Source: Rhizodiscina lignyota
Taxonomy: Eukaryota
Direction of reading: 5' to 3'
NCBI GenBank assembly: GCA_010015805.1
Contig: ML978123.1
Coordinates: forward strand, 2,976,001-3,040,000
Length of the DNA: 64,000 nt
Positions 13,401 through 25,868 of the stretch are shown here, piece by piece. Below the pieces are notes generated by a model, which worked only from the letters and a program-made list of their open reading frames with translations, made no database searches and was not told the DNA's origin. The first letter of the stretch is position 1, and each line of letters begins with the position of its first letter. The position numbers and the translations under genes were made by a program.

Positions 13401-14315
13401 GCTCAATCGTCAAATCGGTGCCGTAAATTTCAAACCACTCCAACCACGGTTCGAAGAGATCTACCAAGCTTCGAAGACATACCTACCGGCAAGTGCTGGA
13501 TTACCACCATTGGTCAATTATGTCCGACGGAACCCGAGCGAGACCGACTCAAGGAAGGTGCTACCATTTATTCCAAGAGATATCGAGAGTATCACTGTTG
13601 GCGAGCTGCAAGCTGGTAAGACAGCCATGCAGAAGAACAAGCTCGAGGATGGCGTACAGTTGTTCAAGAAGATGCTTCACATCCTTATGGTCAACGCTGT
13701 TGCGTCCGCAGGCGAGATCTCTCAGGCGAAGGCGCTAATCCACACCGCCGCTCAATATGTTTTGGGAATGGCGATAGAGCTGGAGCGACGACGCCTAACG
13801 AAGAACGCACAAGATATCTCCTCCTTGTCTGACGACGATAAGAAGCGCAGCTTAGAGTTGTCTGCCTACTTCACAGTGCCAGAAATGGAACCCTCCCACG
13901 TCACTCTGGCTCTCTTCTCCGCAATGAATTTCGCACACAAGAACAAGCAGCTATCGTCGGCGTTGAGCTTTGCAAATTCACTCATTGAGAAGGGCACAAA
14001 CGCCAAATTCAAGGAGAGCGTGAGTGTCTCCGCTCTTGTTTATATTGGACAGTTTACTAATAGATGTTACAGGCCCGAAAGATCAAAGCTGTCTGTGAAC
14101 GAAACCCGAATGATACAGTTGATATCGAGTTCGACCAATTCGCAGAATTCGACATTTGCGCAGCATCGTACACGCCAATCTACAGCGGCTCGCCGAGCTC
14201 GGCATGTCCGTTCGATGGCGTCAAGTATCACTCGAAGTATAAGGGTACGGTGTGCAAGGTTTGTGAGGTGGCGCAAATTGGAGCACCAGCTAGTGGCATC
14301 AGGTTGTTCGTTTAA
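10443..14315 (+). CDS. COP1: Coatomer subunit alpha (alpha-COP)
   Basis: Spliced N-terminus [35 protein letters not shown]40 repeats ([15 protein letters not shown]), coatomer WDAD region, and a C-terminal exon [12 protein letters not shown]...[10 protein letters not shown]. Four introns (~10470, ~10573, ~10952, ~14020); stop TAA at 14313-14315. Confidence 0.97.
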
Positions 14316-14559
14316 TGCAGCGATTGTATGTGTTACGTAGGCTTCCCTTGAGTCTTTAGTGACGTTGAATGTAGAAAAGGTGCTGAGGCGCTTTTTGAAA
14401 TGGCTGGGCATGCAAAAAAGCATTAGGTTGGAGGATGGATCACCTTGATAAAGCAATGAATGAATAAGATAATCTATAAAATGCCGCGTCTAAATTTGTT
14501 CACTTACTAGAATAGGCGAGTATCAATCTGCTAAAACTTTACTTTTAGTTTTCTTACTT

Positions 14560-14830
14560 TTTCCGATTGCCGCTTTACCCCTAATAATATTTCGTCCGAT
14601 CATAAATTATATAAATAGTATAGATATTTTATTACTCCGTATATAAATGTTTATCTTTAGTAGTTACTATATATCTTATTAAGAATTTATATTATGACTA
14701 TATTGTAGTAAAGTATACTATTAGGCTTTTTATTAAGCGTATAGCGTTTTATTATTTAGACTTATTCTTTGTCAGAGAGTAGTAGTATAGTATTGAAGAA
14801 CTAGCCTAACGCTTATTCGGCTAGGATAAC
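14560..14830. other. AT-rich, TpA-rich patch; probable RIP-degraded repeat or transposon relic
   Basis: Abrupt drop in GC, with dense TA dinucleotides and few CA/TG (e.g. tataaatagtatagatattttattact, tagtagttactatatatcttattaag). Original element not identifiable. Confidence 0.6.
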
Positions 14831-15177
14831 TCGATTCGGTGAAATCTTGTTTCCTCTTATTAGATGAACTTCTGATATGCCGGGCGAGCTGATTGCGTCT
14901 ACTACGCTTGTACTTGAAGACTCTAATGTTACGAATTAATAGAGACACCAGAGCCGCCACTTCGAAAGCCACTGGTATTGGTGCAAACTGTTCTTCCCCG
15001 CGACGGATTAGAACATCCCGCAGTTGACAGCCAGCGCATCTCTGATCGCCTTTCCCGACAACCGCCAAAGCTGATATCTTTTGGTTGGCTATTAAAAGGC
15101 TCGCTTTTGTGCTACAGTCCCCTTTCCTACGTTGTGACCATCTCAAACGGAGAGAGTTTATTACTCATTTCACTAAC

Positions 15178-16249
15178 ATGGCTCTAGTGACTTTACCTAC
15201 TGATATTGGCTTCGTCGGTTTAGGCAATATGGGTCTTCCCATGTTCTCAAACCTAACGAGAAAGCTGCCATCTTCATCAACGGTCCACTTCTACGACGTC
15301 TCCTCAGAAACCATGGAGAAGAGTTTGAAGGAGTCGGGCGCCGCATGTCGTTTAAACCCATGCAGCAATGCCAGAGAAGTGGCAGAAAAGAGCGTAGGTT
15401 GTCGTCTATGTTGAAGCGCTTCTCTGAACGGCTTCGTAGGATTTCCTTATATCCATCGTTCCAGAGGGCCAGCATGTCCGGGCTGTCTACCTGACGCCGG
15501 AGACGGGCGTGCTCGCGGCCTCGGATTTGAGCGGCAAGATTTTGGTAGATAGCAGCACGATCGATACGGCCACATCGTTACAGGTAGGGGAAGAGACACA
15601 GAAGCGTCACCCAAAAGCCTTCTTTTACGATGGACCAGTCTCCGGCGGCGTGTCCGGGGCCGCACAAGGCACCCTTACAATCATGCTCGGCTGCCCTACC
15701 ACAGACACTCATTTACCTTTGCTATCGGCGGTGTTCTTGTTAATGGCCTCGAATGTGGTCCCATGCGGAGGACCTTCTCTAGGCTTAACGGCTAAATTAT
15801 GCAACAATTATTTGTCTTTGACGATCTCGTACGCAATCCAAGATATAAGCGTCTCAGTAATATACTTACAAGCGGGATGCAGATTAGCAAATGCCGAGAT
15901 GTATAATATGGCCATTAAGTCTGGCATGGATCCGAGGCTGTTGCAGTCAATCCTCAAAATTTCAACTGGTTCTAGTCGAAACAACGAACAACAGAATCCC
16001 GTGCCAGGCCTCAGTCCGGGAACACCAGCGTCGAAAGGATATAAAGGAGGTTTCAAGATAGAGTATGTCAAAAAAGACATGGGACTAGCCATCGAGGCCG
16101 CTAAGAGAGTTGGCGCCAAGATATGTATAGGCCCAAGTGTACGTGAGTCCTATATGGAGGCAGCCGAAGATCCCAGATGCGCTGGACTGGACGCCAAAGT
16201 GGTCTATCGATGGCTCGGCGGCGACGAGGAATGGGCAGAGAAATTGTAA
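15178..16249 (+). CDS. 3-hydroxyisobutyrate dehydrogenase-like (beta-hydroxyacid dehydrogenase family)
   Basis: IGFVGLGNMG Rossmann motif, VDSSTID, DGPVSGGVSGA, catalytic Lys in AKLCNNY, GF...KDMGLA. Introns 15394-15439 and 15829-15882. Confidence 0.9.
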
Positions 16250-16783
16250 CAGTCACATAAATAGAAAAATGCAGAATGCGCGATTCCGTTCTTTCGCTGA
16301 GAAGCTTCTTAGCTGTTCGTGTCAGAGCACGAATGATCAATGTGAGTTCATTGATTGAAGGAAAGAGGCTCTCAAGGAGGAGTGCTCGCTTATACAGGTG
16401 GAGCGCTAAGGCTAAGGGGGGCACTGATCACCTTCTGATAATTCGAGCGATAGCTGATATTGTTATATAATTATAGAGTCTTGGCACGTTGTTAAGGCTT
16501 TGGAAAATTGCTTAAATGGTTGCTTCAATTTCAAGTCTATCAATGCTTCCTCCTCGCTGAAACCTTACATGTAAGTTAGAGTTTCTCACGTGACTCAGCC
16601 CTACGGAGCTCCCCACCAAGCGCGTCATTGTTGAAACTTTGCCATTTTGATTGCTAACCCGATCACGTTCAGAGGTGAACACTCTAGAACACCGCTCACG
16701 AAAATGCTTCAGACTCACAAATGATCGCGCCGACCTTCACAACGTCCTCTCTCCAACATTGAACATTTCACTCCTACAACAAT

Positions 16784-19700
16784 ATGGCGAAACGACCGGG
16801 CAAAACACAAGCGAGCAGTGCACGCGCTGCTTCTGGGGCCTTTGGAGGAGCTTTCGGTCCCTCGTCCGCTGTTGCTGCATTTAGCGCGCCCTCCTCACCT
16901 TTGACATATGTCTCCGAACCTCCAGACCTTTCCGCGATATCTGATCCGAATATCGTCGTCCTATTCAAGAACTTGTCGAAGAAGGATGGCACGACAAAGG
17001 CGAAGGCTTTGGAAGAGCTGCAAACATACATATCTGCTTCGCCTGGACAAATAGAGGATTCGTTCTTGGACACATGGGTGCGTAGATACCCAGTCAATAT
17101 ATATTGAATCTGATAGTTTACAGAATCATTCAGATTGCGTTTTATCCGCGTACGTCGATAGACAATGCAAGGCGTGTCCGCCAACTTGCGCATACGCTTC
17201 ACGGTCAAATCTGCGCATCATGTGGCAAACGAGTCGCGAGGCACATGCCAGAAGTGGTTGGACCGTGGTTGGCAGGCGTGTACGATAGTGACAAGGGGGT
17301 TTCTAAAGCCGCCAAAGATGCCCTCAACTCAGTCTTCTCATCGCCGGACAAGCTTGCGAGTCTAAGGAAGCGATACCAGGAACCCATATTGGACTTCTGC
17401 CGGAATGTCATCGACAACGAGACACCCCAGACACTCAGTGACGAGCGGACAGCAAGTCCAGACGAAATCGAAGCCAAGTACTGCCGCATTCTTGCTGCGG
17501 TGATCTCTCTCATCGCAAGTCTTCTGGGCGAGCTTCCTCGAGAGCACATCGACAAGCATCAAGTCACCTACACTGAGGTGATCCAAGATGGAAAGCTTTG
17601 GAAATTAGCATATTACCAAGATCCTGCGGTCCGAAGAGCTACGCACAGACTTCTTAGGACGTGTCTCGCCAAACTCCCAGAAATCACTCGATCTGCTTTG
17701 TCACTAATTGGGTCCGCATATATGCACCAAGCGTTGCGTTCTGATCAGACGGGCACCTCTCTGGACTACTCTGAGTGTCTGGTGAGCTTGGTCAGGTTCG
17801 ATGTGGCTGTTTGGACAGACAACGCCAAGGGTTCAAAGGGGATCAGTCGACTATGCAGCTTCCTCAAGCGTGGCTCCCAGCTAGGCCCTCCAGAATTCTG
17901 GTCAAACGTGCTGCACTTTTTCGAAAGCCTCCCGCTGGAGTCGTATGCCAGCACTGAGCAGGATTGTTGGGAAATCCTTAAGGCAATGCGCGCCGGCATA
18001 AACAAAAAAGATGAGCCACGACCAAATCTCACACCTGCTTACCGTGAATACATCCACGTTGCGGCACTAATGGCGGACTCATTGACCAAAGATGAGAGCA
18101 AGCGCTTACTTGAATCAAGCCTAATGCCTATCGTGCGGCATCACCTTCACCCATCTTCGGACTCGTCCCAATGGAGTTTGCCAGAAACTGGCTCCTTGTC
18201 ACTGATTGCTCAGTTATTGACCATCCCGATAATGCGCTCTGTTGTCACCGATTCCTGGCTTGGACTTACGGAGCAGCTGATCGAGGATATGCAAGTCTCC
18301 CTACCGGAGCAGGCAAAAGAGTTTGATGCATCGCAACAGGCAGTAGCTAGGCAGGGTAGTCGGTGGGCCTCCATACAAGCCGCACTGGCTCAAGATCACA
18401 ACCAAGATGAAGCTCTATCAATTGACCTGGTCATGGAAGTTGTAGATTCCGCTCTGAAACTCCTTCAAGAGAGGAATGGCAAGCCATACGGGGCTGCTTC
18501 TGTTGTGGAGAGCATACTGTATGAAATGACTCTCCGCCCGGAAACAGAAAAGCATATACATGCCTTCATAAAAGATCGACTGCCAGAACTGTTCTCGTCT
18601 CCCTCTGCCCAGTATCTTGCGGGTATTCTTTACCACGAGAGCAGTATCTCAGGCTTTCCACAAGTATGGGAGACTACGTTACAAAACATACTCAACGAAA
18701 AAGACACATCCATCCGAGAACGTGGTCTAAAGGCCCTCCTGGCATCCTCACGTCTTCCAAAGGACTTATCCTTAGTGGGCAAAAGTCCGGCACTGAAATC
18801 GTTTCTATTGCAACAAACGAAAGAGGCCTTAGAAGGCCAGCACGACTGGTCTTTCATCACAACTCTGCCGAAGCAGTCTTCTGAGTCGATTACAAGCAAT
18901 AACGCCACAGACGAAATGCTTACTAGTATGATCAATTCTCTATCTCTTGACGAGACAGCTCCATATGCTCTTGAAGGATTGCAAGTCCTTACGAAGAGTA
19001 ATCGGAGGGTGGTTGAGCAGTTTATGCGTAAACCAGAAGCATCACTACTTCTTCCAAGACTACTCTACCTGAGTGAGTCTGCTGATGATGATACCGCACA
19101 GACAGCCACTGCTCTCAACAACCTGATCCAATCGAACCTCTCGCTGTCCCAAACGGATGATAGTGGCGCTTCACAAGAGGCACTATTTCGCACCATTCAG
19201 AATGGCCTGCTTGATGCTTCTGAAATGTCTGTTTCTGTTGAAACTCTGCTCAAGATCGCTACGGACTTCCACAAACGAAACGAGAAAAGTGAGGCAATCG
19301 CAGGACTACTTCCGTCGATGTCCGCTTGGGAAGAGGCGTTGATTCCATTCATGCGCATCCTACCTGTCCCGGGCCTTTCGGTCACAAGCGTAATGAAAGG
19401 CGCTGTACATCTCGTACAGTCGGACGACGCCGCTTCTGCTCGGTCTGCACTCAGCAAGCTCCCACGTGATGCCGAGGGCTGCTCTGTTGCAATAAGAATC
19501 GCAAAATATGCCACAGGCTTATTGCGTGAAGTGAGCCCCGCACTCTCCCAGGAACAAATGAAAGAAGTCTTTCGATTACTCGCTCTTACAAGGACTCTTG
19601 CAAATCATAATGTCAGCATTTCTGGAGCAAACCACATGTGGTCAGATTACTCGCCTGAATCAGAGAGAGAGATGGCAGATCTTGTATCGAACATGCAAGC

Positions 19701-21792
19701 ACTGTTGACTGATTGGTTGCGAGAATATCCGGAATGGTGGTTGGAAAGTGGCCATTCTGCAGCAACACCTCTGGCCATTACGACAATGATGAATACGCTG
19801 CTCGGTGCTTCAGGTGAAACTTCACCATCATCGTTTTACAACGCCGAATCATACAGTATCATGGGATCTGAGCTCCTTGAAACCCATGGTGTACCGCATG
19901 GCTTCACAGAACAGTGCGAGCAGCGTATCATGTCCTTTCGCAAGGACAAACTTTTTCTCCCTCTCGTAGCTACATGTGTCACATACCCGTTAGCCTTATC
20001 TACTTCCAAAGTCGTCACGCGATATTTCAACGAGCTCGTTTCGGAGCTGACTACCGCCGAAATAAATACCAAATCAGAAGAGGTATTACGGAAGGCTATT
20101 TTGATGAATGCAACTCATCAAGCGCTGGAAGATATTGAAGGCGTTGCGAAACAGCGTATCATTTTCCTAGTCAAACACTTCCTACCCTGGCTGGCTACAG
20201 ATATTGAGCCTGCCACGAAAGCGGAGCTCTTCACCGTTTTATCGTATCTCCTTCCAGCTATGAAGGATATCTACGGCGATTATTGGGAGCAAGCTCTCAC
20301 GGCCATCACAATGACATGGTCTACGGCACCGGAGCTGAACCCAACTAGTCCAGAGCTGCAATACTACCTACCACTCTTGCATAGTTCTCTCAGACTTTTT
20401 GACGGGCTTAGCCGCCTCGCCGCCGAAGAAGATGCAAACGATGATCTCGTTGATGCTGTCAAAGACTCTCAAAAATCGGCCTCAGTAGGGCTTTTCCATA
20501 TTCTACAATGCTCAAAGGATTGCCCTGACGAGTATAATCAACCACTGCGTGTTGTGAACGACATTGCAAGTCGTCACATCACACGAATATCTTTCGATGA
20601 CTTGGGCGAGCTGGAAGATGCCTACCCTCTACTTTTCGCTCCGTCGCAGTCGGTACAACAAGCGGCCTACGGTCTGGTCCACAGGAAGATCCCCTCACTG
20701 TTGGAACACATATCTCTTGATGCTGCTCTAAGCAAGACGGATGCAAAACTGCCAGAGGAGCTCATCTCACTCGTCCTTGAAGCGCCGACGACGAAGGACT
20801 TGGAGGACGCCGTTTGGGAACGGGGCATGCCGCTGCCTTTGAGAGGTTACTTGCTCAGCTGGTTGCTTATCTTCGACCATTTTGAGCATGCCGTAAGTGC
20901 TCACCGTGTGTGATTGCGTCAGAGTTCCTGCTAATACGATGTGTAGTCCTATAAGGTGAAGATCGACTATCTGAATTCCCTTAAGGATATCGCAGCGCTC
21001 CTGCCATTGCTGAGCTTCACCTTCGACTTCCTTGGCCATTCCCGCGGCAAACCTTTTGATATATCCAAGCTCGATATCACGAATTATGACGCATCCACGC
21101 CATCTTATGATCCTTTGGAATACGACACACAACACTTCTTGAGCCATCTTTACTACTTGTCCCTCATGTACGCCCCCAGCCTTGTCAAGACATGGTGGCT
21201 CGAGCTCCGCTCTCGCGCGCTCGTCTCCTCTGTCGAGGCGTGGACCGAGAAGTTTGTGTCGCCACATATTATCTCCAGCTCACTTGCATCTGTGTCCCAA
21301 TGGTCAGCTGAGCAGTCCGATCCAAGCAACCCGAACGTCAGCACAGGCGAGGATAATCTTAAGATTAGCGTCAACCAAAAAGCCAAGGAGATCCGTGCGA
21401 GCTACGACATCGACGAGCAGACCATGAGCATTCTCATCCGCCTCCCGGATGCCTGGCCGCTGCGCCAAGCTGAGGTGCAAGGCATCAGCCGCGTCGGCGT
21501 CGACGAGAAGAAGTGGCAGAGCTGGGTGCGCGGATGCCAGGGTGTGATCACATTCTCGAACAACAACCTTACAGATGGGTTGATTGCATTCCGCCGCAAC
21601 GTCATCGGCGCAATGAAGGGACAGACGGAGTGCGCGATCTGCTACTCGATCATCAGCGCTGATAAGCAGCTGCCGAGCAAGCGCTGCAGTACGTGCAAGA
21701 ACCTGTTCCACAGCGGGTGCTTGTATCGCTGGTTCAAGACCAGCAATGCAAGCACCTGCCCCCTGTGCAGAAATCCATTCAACTATGGATAG
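16784..21792 (+). CDS. RKR1: E3 ubiquitin ligase listerin (ribosome quality control)
   Basis: N-terminal FKNLSKKDGTTKAKAL and YPRTSIDNARRVRQLAH, long helical body, RWD-like domain, C-terminal RING ECAICYSII...CSTCKNLFHSGCLYRWFKTSNASTCPLCR. Introns ~17078-17133 and 20893-20946. Confidence 0.96.
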
Positions 21793-23079
21793 AGGCGGCG
21801 AGATTCTAGTTAATTAGCTTGGGGAAGAGCCTCGATGATTAGTAGAAACACAATTGCCATCCAAATGTAAGCTTGTAGAAATCTCAAGGTATACCTGAAT
21901 GACTGTCCACGTATTGCCTCTAATGCCCCAGAATAGTGCGTGAATGAGTTCAGGGGCGACAAGGAGAGGCTGGCAGTAGTTTTCGAGCCACTGTACAGCT
22001 CTGAAGTATAGCCTCTACGACTAATTGCGCGTACTCTGTTTTCAGTAGTAAGTTTTTCTTCTATACACTCTAGAGCATGTAGAGCTAAGCTTTAGAGACA
22101 GCCTCGATTACTTTGAAGAGCTAGAGATGGTTCCCCTCAAGACACTACAGTTTCCCTAGCAGCCATCCCATTTCTTTAAAGAGATAATGTATACCTACTA
22201 GGATCGTCTCGGAGTTGTTCATATCACTCGCAGCTAAAACCTTACCTCTTCTAAGGTGATCTCTCTGCACGCATCATCCGGGAAAGCTCGCTATGCTTTG
22301 CTCGGCACTTGAAGATATTCACGACTCTTCCCTTGACAACCCAAGCACGATATGGCATGTCCACATTCGTCGAGGATCCCGTAAGGGGTACGACTTCATG
22401 CAATACTGTGACTAACGCCTCTTGGCTCAGTTGATGTTAATGGTACGTAAGATGCATATTGTCTTTGATTAAGACAGATGATGTTCACTATAGCTATATG
22501 ATTTAGCCAAGTGCTTGCTAAGATACGTCGGAACGAGCTTTCAGAGATGCTCTCATGTCGAGCGAGGAGCAAAATTCGCTTCCGCTTTATCCTTTCTCCC
22601 TTTAGTAAGGTCAAGTGTTCTCGGCGTTTATTCTAACTTGGGTGTGAATGTTGTAGAACAGTTTAGTAAAACTGATGTCACTTTTCAAGGCAAGCGAAAG
22701 CACCCCCGGAGCTTTGATGCAACACAACCGTGGCGGTGTCTGTTAAGGACTACATTGATGTTCAACTTCTAACATGGTTTTAAGAAGAAGGTTACGCACT
22801 CTAGCAGCCCAATACTTTGTAACGTAATGCAGTAAGTCAAAAATACTCTTCAATCGAAGTGAGAGCATCTCTAAAAGCTTCATTCAGCGCGTTTCAGCAA
22901 GTATTTGTAGAGATTGTCTAACCTTGCTGAACTTGGCTTATACTAAACAAAAAGACGCGAACTTCCACGAACCCCTTGAACCCAAATCAAATTGGTTCGT
23001 GCACCTCCAGTTCCTCGTATCTTCTACCTCTGCCCCTGTTCCACCTTCCACTCAACTCCGTGCCCGTCAGTAGTGGCAC

Positions 23080-23487
23080 TTAGCAGTCATAATAGCATAT
23101 GACACTCTGCGCCTTGGGCGTACTGAAACACTCCTCATTGAAGATGTTTTGACTATCCTTAATCTCGTTCTGGCAGTCCGTGTCGCTGAAGATGTGGCAG
23201 TCGGTGCCCAAAAAGAGGATGCCGCCGACGGAGATAGAATTGAATGGGGTGCCCGGTTTGTAGCACTTGCCAGAGCAATCAGGCACCATGGAGGTAATCG
23301 GGTCGTCCGCGCTGCAATAATTGTCGGAGTAGAAGGCTGCGCATGGAGGCTGATTCCAGTGGCACTCGCGAAATTGTGGGGGGATATAAGGACCGGGAGG
23401 CGCAGGGGGAGCGGGGAACCAAGAGGCAAAGGCGAAAGGGACAAGAGAGAGGAGAAGGAGGACGAGGGACATGCTGGTAACTTTCAT
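23080..23487 (-). CDS. Small secreted cysteine-rich protein (effector candidate)
   Basis: 135 aa, hydrophobic signal peptide ending ...PFAFA, Pro-rich linker, 10 Cys, ends in CYYDC. Confidence 0.85.
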   Translation of the reverse strand: MKVTSMSLVLLLLSLVPFAFASWFPAPPAPPGPYIPPQFRECHWNQPPCAAFYSDNYCSADDPITSMVPDCSGKCYKPGTPFNSISVGGILFLGTDCHIFSDTDCQNEIKDSQNIFNEECFSTPKAQSVICYYDC

Positions 23488-24444
23488 GATGGGATAGATT
23501 GAGCCCTTGATGTGTGAAGAGAATTGGAAGATGCAAGTGGACGATGTGTAACAGAATAATACTCTAGTCTGAGAATTTATAGTCTGGGGAACTTCTAAAG
23601 AGGGGTAAAATTGTTGAGTATTTTCTCAGCCTCTCAGTTTAGTGTACCAAACTAGTCAGAGGGGGTGCGTGTGGATTGTCCAAATAGATCCAGTCTATTT
23701 TGAATGTGCGCAATAAAAATAGGTACTACATGTATAATGCATGGTCGACTGACGCTCTCCAGCAGTTTCCCAACCTTACAACAAATCAAATATTAGTATA
23801 TACTAGTTACTAGCAGTCTAATTAATCTAGGCAAACTCTACATTAGATTCAAGAGAAAGCCAGTAATCTTAGATGAAGATAGACGTGATGCTGTGGGCCA
23901 GATCCTCGCCTCCGAGCAGCACCCTGATGCGCGTAAAATGAGATGTTGAATATAATCAGCAACAACTGCAAATACTACTATTTACTGTTACCATGCTAGA
24001 CAGCTTGATATTATACTTCTACCGAGCGGCTACGTCCGTAAATCTGAGCGAAGCCTTTGCAGATTTGAGAAATACACGATGCCGCGTGCGGGTCATGCTG
24101 TGACAGGGAGATGGTATATCCACTCGTTTGGTTGTTCTGCGCTACAATCGGAGTCTGTCGACTTGGCTTTCTGGTCGCAATACCTCAGCTGTATATCTTT
24201 TCAGACACTTACGGGTGTAGCTGAGACGCTGACTTAATGGAGGCAGCGCAGGTGGAAACTTCTGTACATTGAATCGTGCAAAGTCGATAAGCCGTGCTTT
24301 GGAGCTCCTTGTAATCTCTATTTGATCCAGACCGTTCCCTAACGCCAAACTTGCCCGCCGTTGCAAACTCCTTTAAGTACATCATGCTGGTCTTCGGGTG
24401 GCTTTCACTATTGAATCGCATCGAGCCGTCCCATTGAAGAACTT

Positions 24445-24906
24445 TCAATTCTTCTCCCTCTTCTCATCCATGTTCCATGCGGACTGGCCGCTCGAGTTGC
24501 CTCTATCGCCCACGTTGTAGCTCATGTCCCGAGTATCGATCTGGTTTGTTTGTGCACTGTTGCATCGTTCTCCGCAATTTCCACTACAGTAAGCTGCATG
24601 CATGTAGCTTATGTTCCGATTATCGATCTGGTTTGTCTGTGTCCCGTTGCACCGTCTTCCGCAATTCCCGTTGCAGTAATCTGCGTGCACATATCCATCG
24701 GCAGTAACAAATGAGCCGCGAGTCGCTTGAGAAGGTTGCTGAGAATAGGGTGGTGGTGATGTCGTCGACGATTCGACCAAGTCCTTGTTGTTGTTCGCAC
24801 CGGTATGACTATGTTTATTCTCCTCGTACTTGTTGAATTCCTTGAGACCCGTTCGGACGATGGCATAGGCACCGCCCAATTTAACGGCTTCTTTGAGAAG
24901 ACCCAT
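24445..24906 (-). CDS. Small hypothetical protein with a PPPY motif and two tandem HxxYCxGNCGxRC repeats
   Basis: 153-aa ATG ORF; TATA-like TATAAAAG on the minus strand near 25160; codon-phase internal duplication. Confidence 0.75.
   Translation of the reverse strand: MGLLKEAVKLGGAYAIVRTGLKEFNKYEENKHSHTGANNNKDLVESSTTSPPPYSQQPSQATRGSFVTADGYVHADYCNGNCGRRCNGTQTNQIDNRNISYMHAAYCSGNCGERCNSAQTNQIDTRDMSYNVGDRGNSSGQSAWNMDEKREKN
24520..24693 (-). repeat. 2 x 87-bp tandem duplication (29-aa unit)
   Basis: atcgatctggtttgt recurs at 24535 and 24622. Units: YVHADYCNGNCGRRCNGTQTNQIDNRNIS and YMHAAYCSGNCGERCNSAQTNQIDTRDMS. Confidence 0.9.
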
Positions 24907-25868
24907 GATGAAAGAGGAAGCGGAAGCCGACTTGTTGAGCTGCTATTCTGGAATTGTATGTGCTCTTAGACAGGTTCCTGGCGTTGATGTCTTTGGATGT
25001 TGGTAGCGATTCGTGAAGAGAGAAAGGGTCAAGTTCGTTCGCTGAGTGGATGGAGGGTTCGGCGGTTAGTGGTTGATTCCGTGAGGAAGCAGGTGAATGA
25101 TGAGTGCATGCAATGTCTGGAAGGAAATATATCTTCGTAGAGCGAAATATCAACCTCTTTTATAGACATTTCTGAGCTTTGAACTTTGGTTGGGGCATTG
25201 CCCTCTTGAGTCGCAATCGTCGTTGGCTTTGAGCAGGCTGAGCATGCCCACAGCAAATTGCGGCCAATCAACAAGGGATCCGAGTCCGAGACGCGTCTTG
25301 CGCCCAATGAACGAGGCTTCCGAGCCCGAGTACGAGCATGCTTGCAAGGGAACACTGCCGCCAACGAGCTGAAACCCGCTTCAAGGCGTCCTTCGCGAGG
25401 TCGGCGCGACCGCATCACCAGAGTTTATCTGCGGCATTATGTACAGTGCTTTGTAAGGAATGACCTCACGGCAATTGAATGGCTAAGTCTAACACGTAGC
25501 AGGTAGCAGTTGCCGTCGGACCTATTGTACGATAAGCTCACCACAAGAGGCTAATAAGGAGACATGGAAGCACTCTCAGTCGCTGGAATACCTACTCTTC
25601 GGAGCAAACATCTCCGAATACTTCGTGACTAACTCTTGGAGACCGCGGTACGGAAAATTGATAGTATCTTACAAAATGACATAGTCTTGCCGTTTGCGCA
25701 ATTGCGCCTCAGTGCAGCCGTGTTAAACGTGTTAAACCTTGTTGCGATTGTTAGGAGATCTAAGAGTCTAAGTTGGCTCATGTTCTAGCGCTTGCAATTT
25801 GTTCAGTAAATAGAGGAATAGCTATTAAGAAAAAGAGAAGGAAAAAAAGGTAAAATAAAAATGCAAAA

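Noticed and set aside
14020..14340. Novel C-terminus of the 1110-aa COP1 ORF
   Set aside because: Read-through of a GTGAGT...CAG intron; the conserved C-terminus is in the other frame, ending at 14315.
25097..25175. Box C (ATGATGA) and box D (CTGA) about 75 nt apart, snoRNA-like
   Set aside because: Overlaps the TATA/5' region of the opposite-strand gene; no terminal stem or recognisable rRNA guide.
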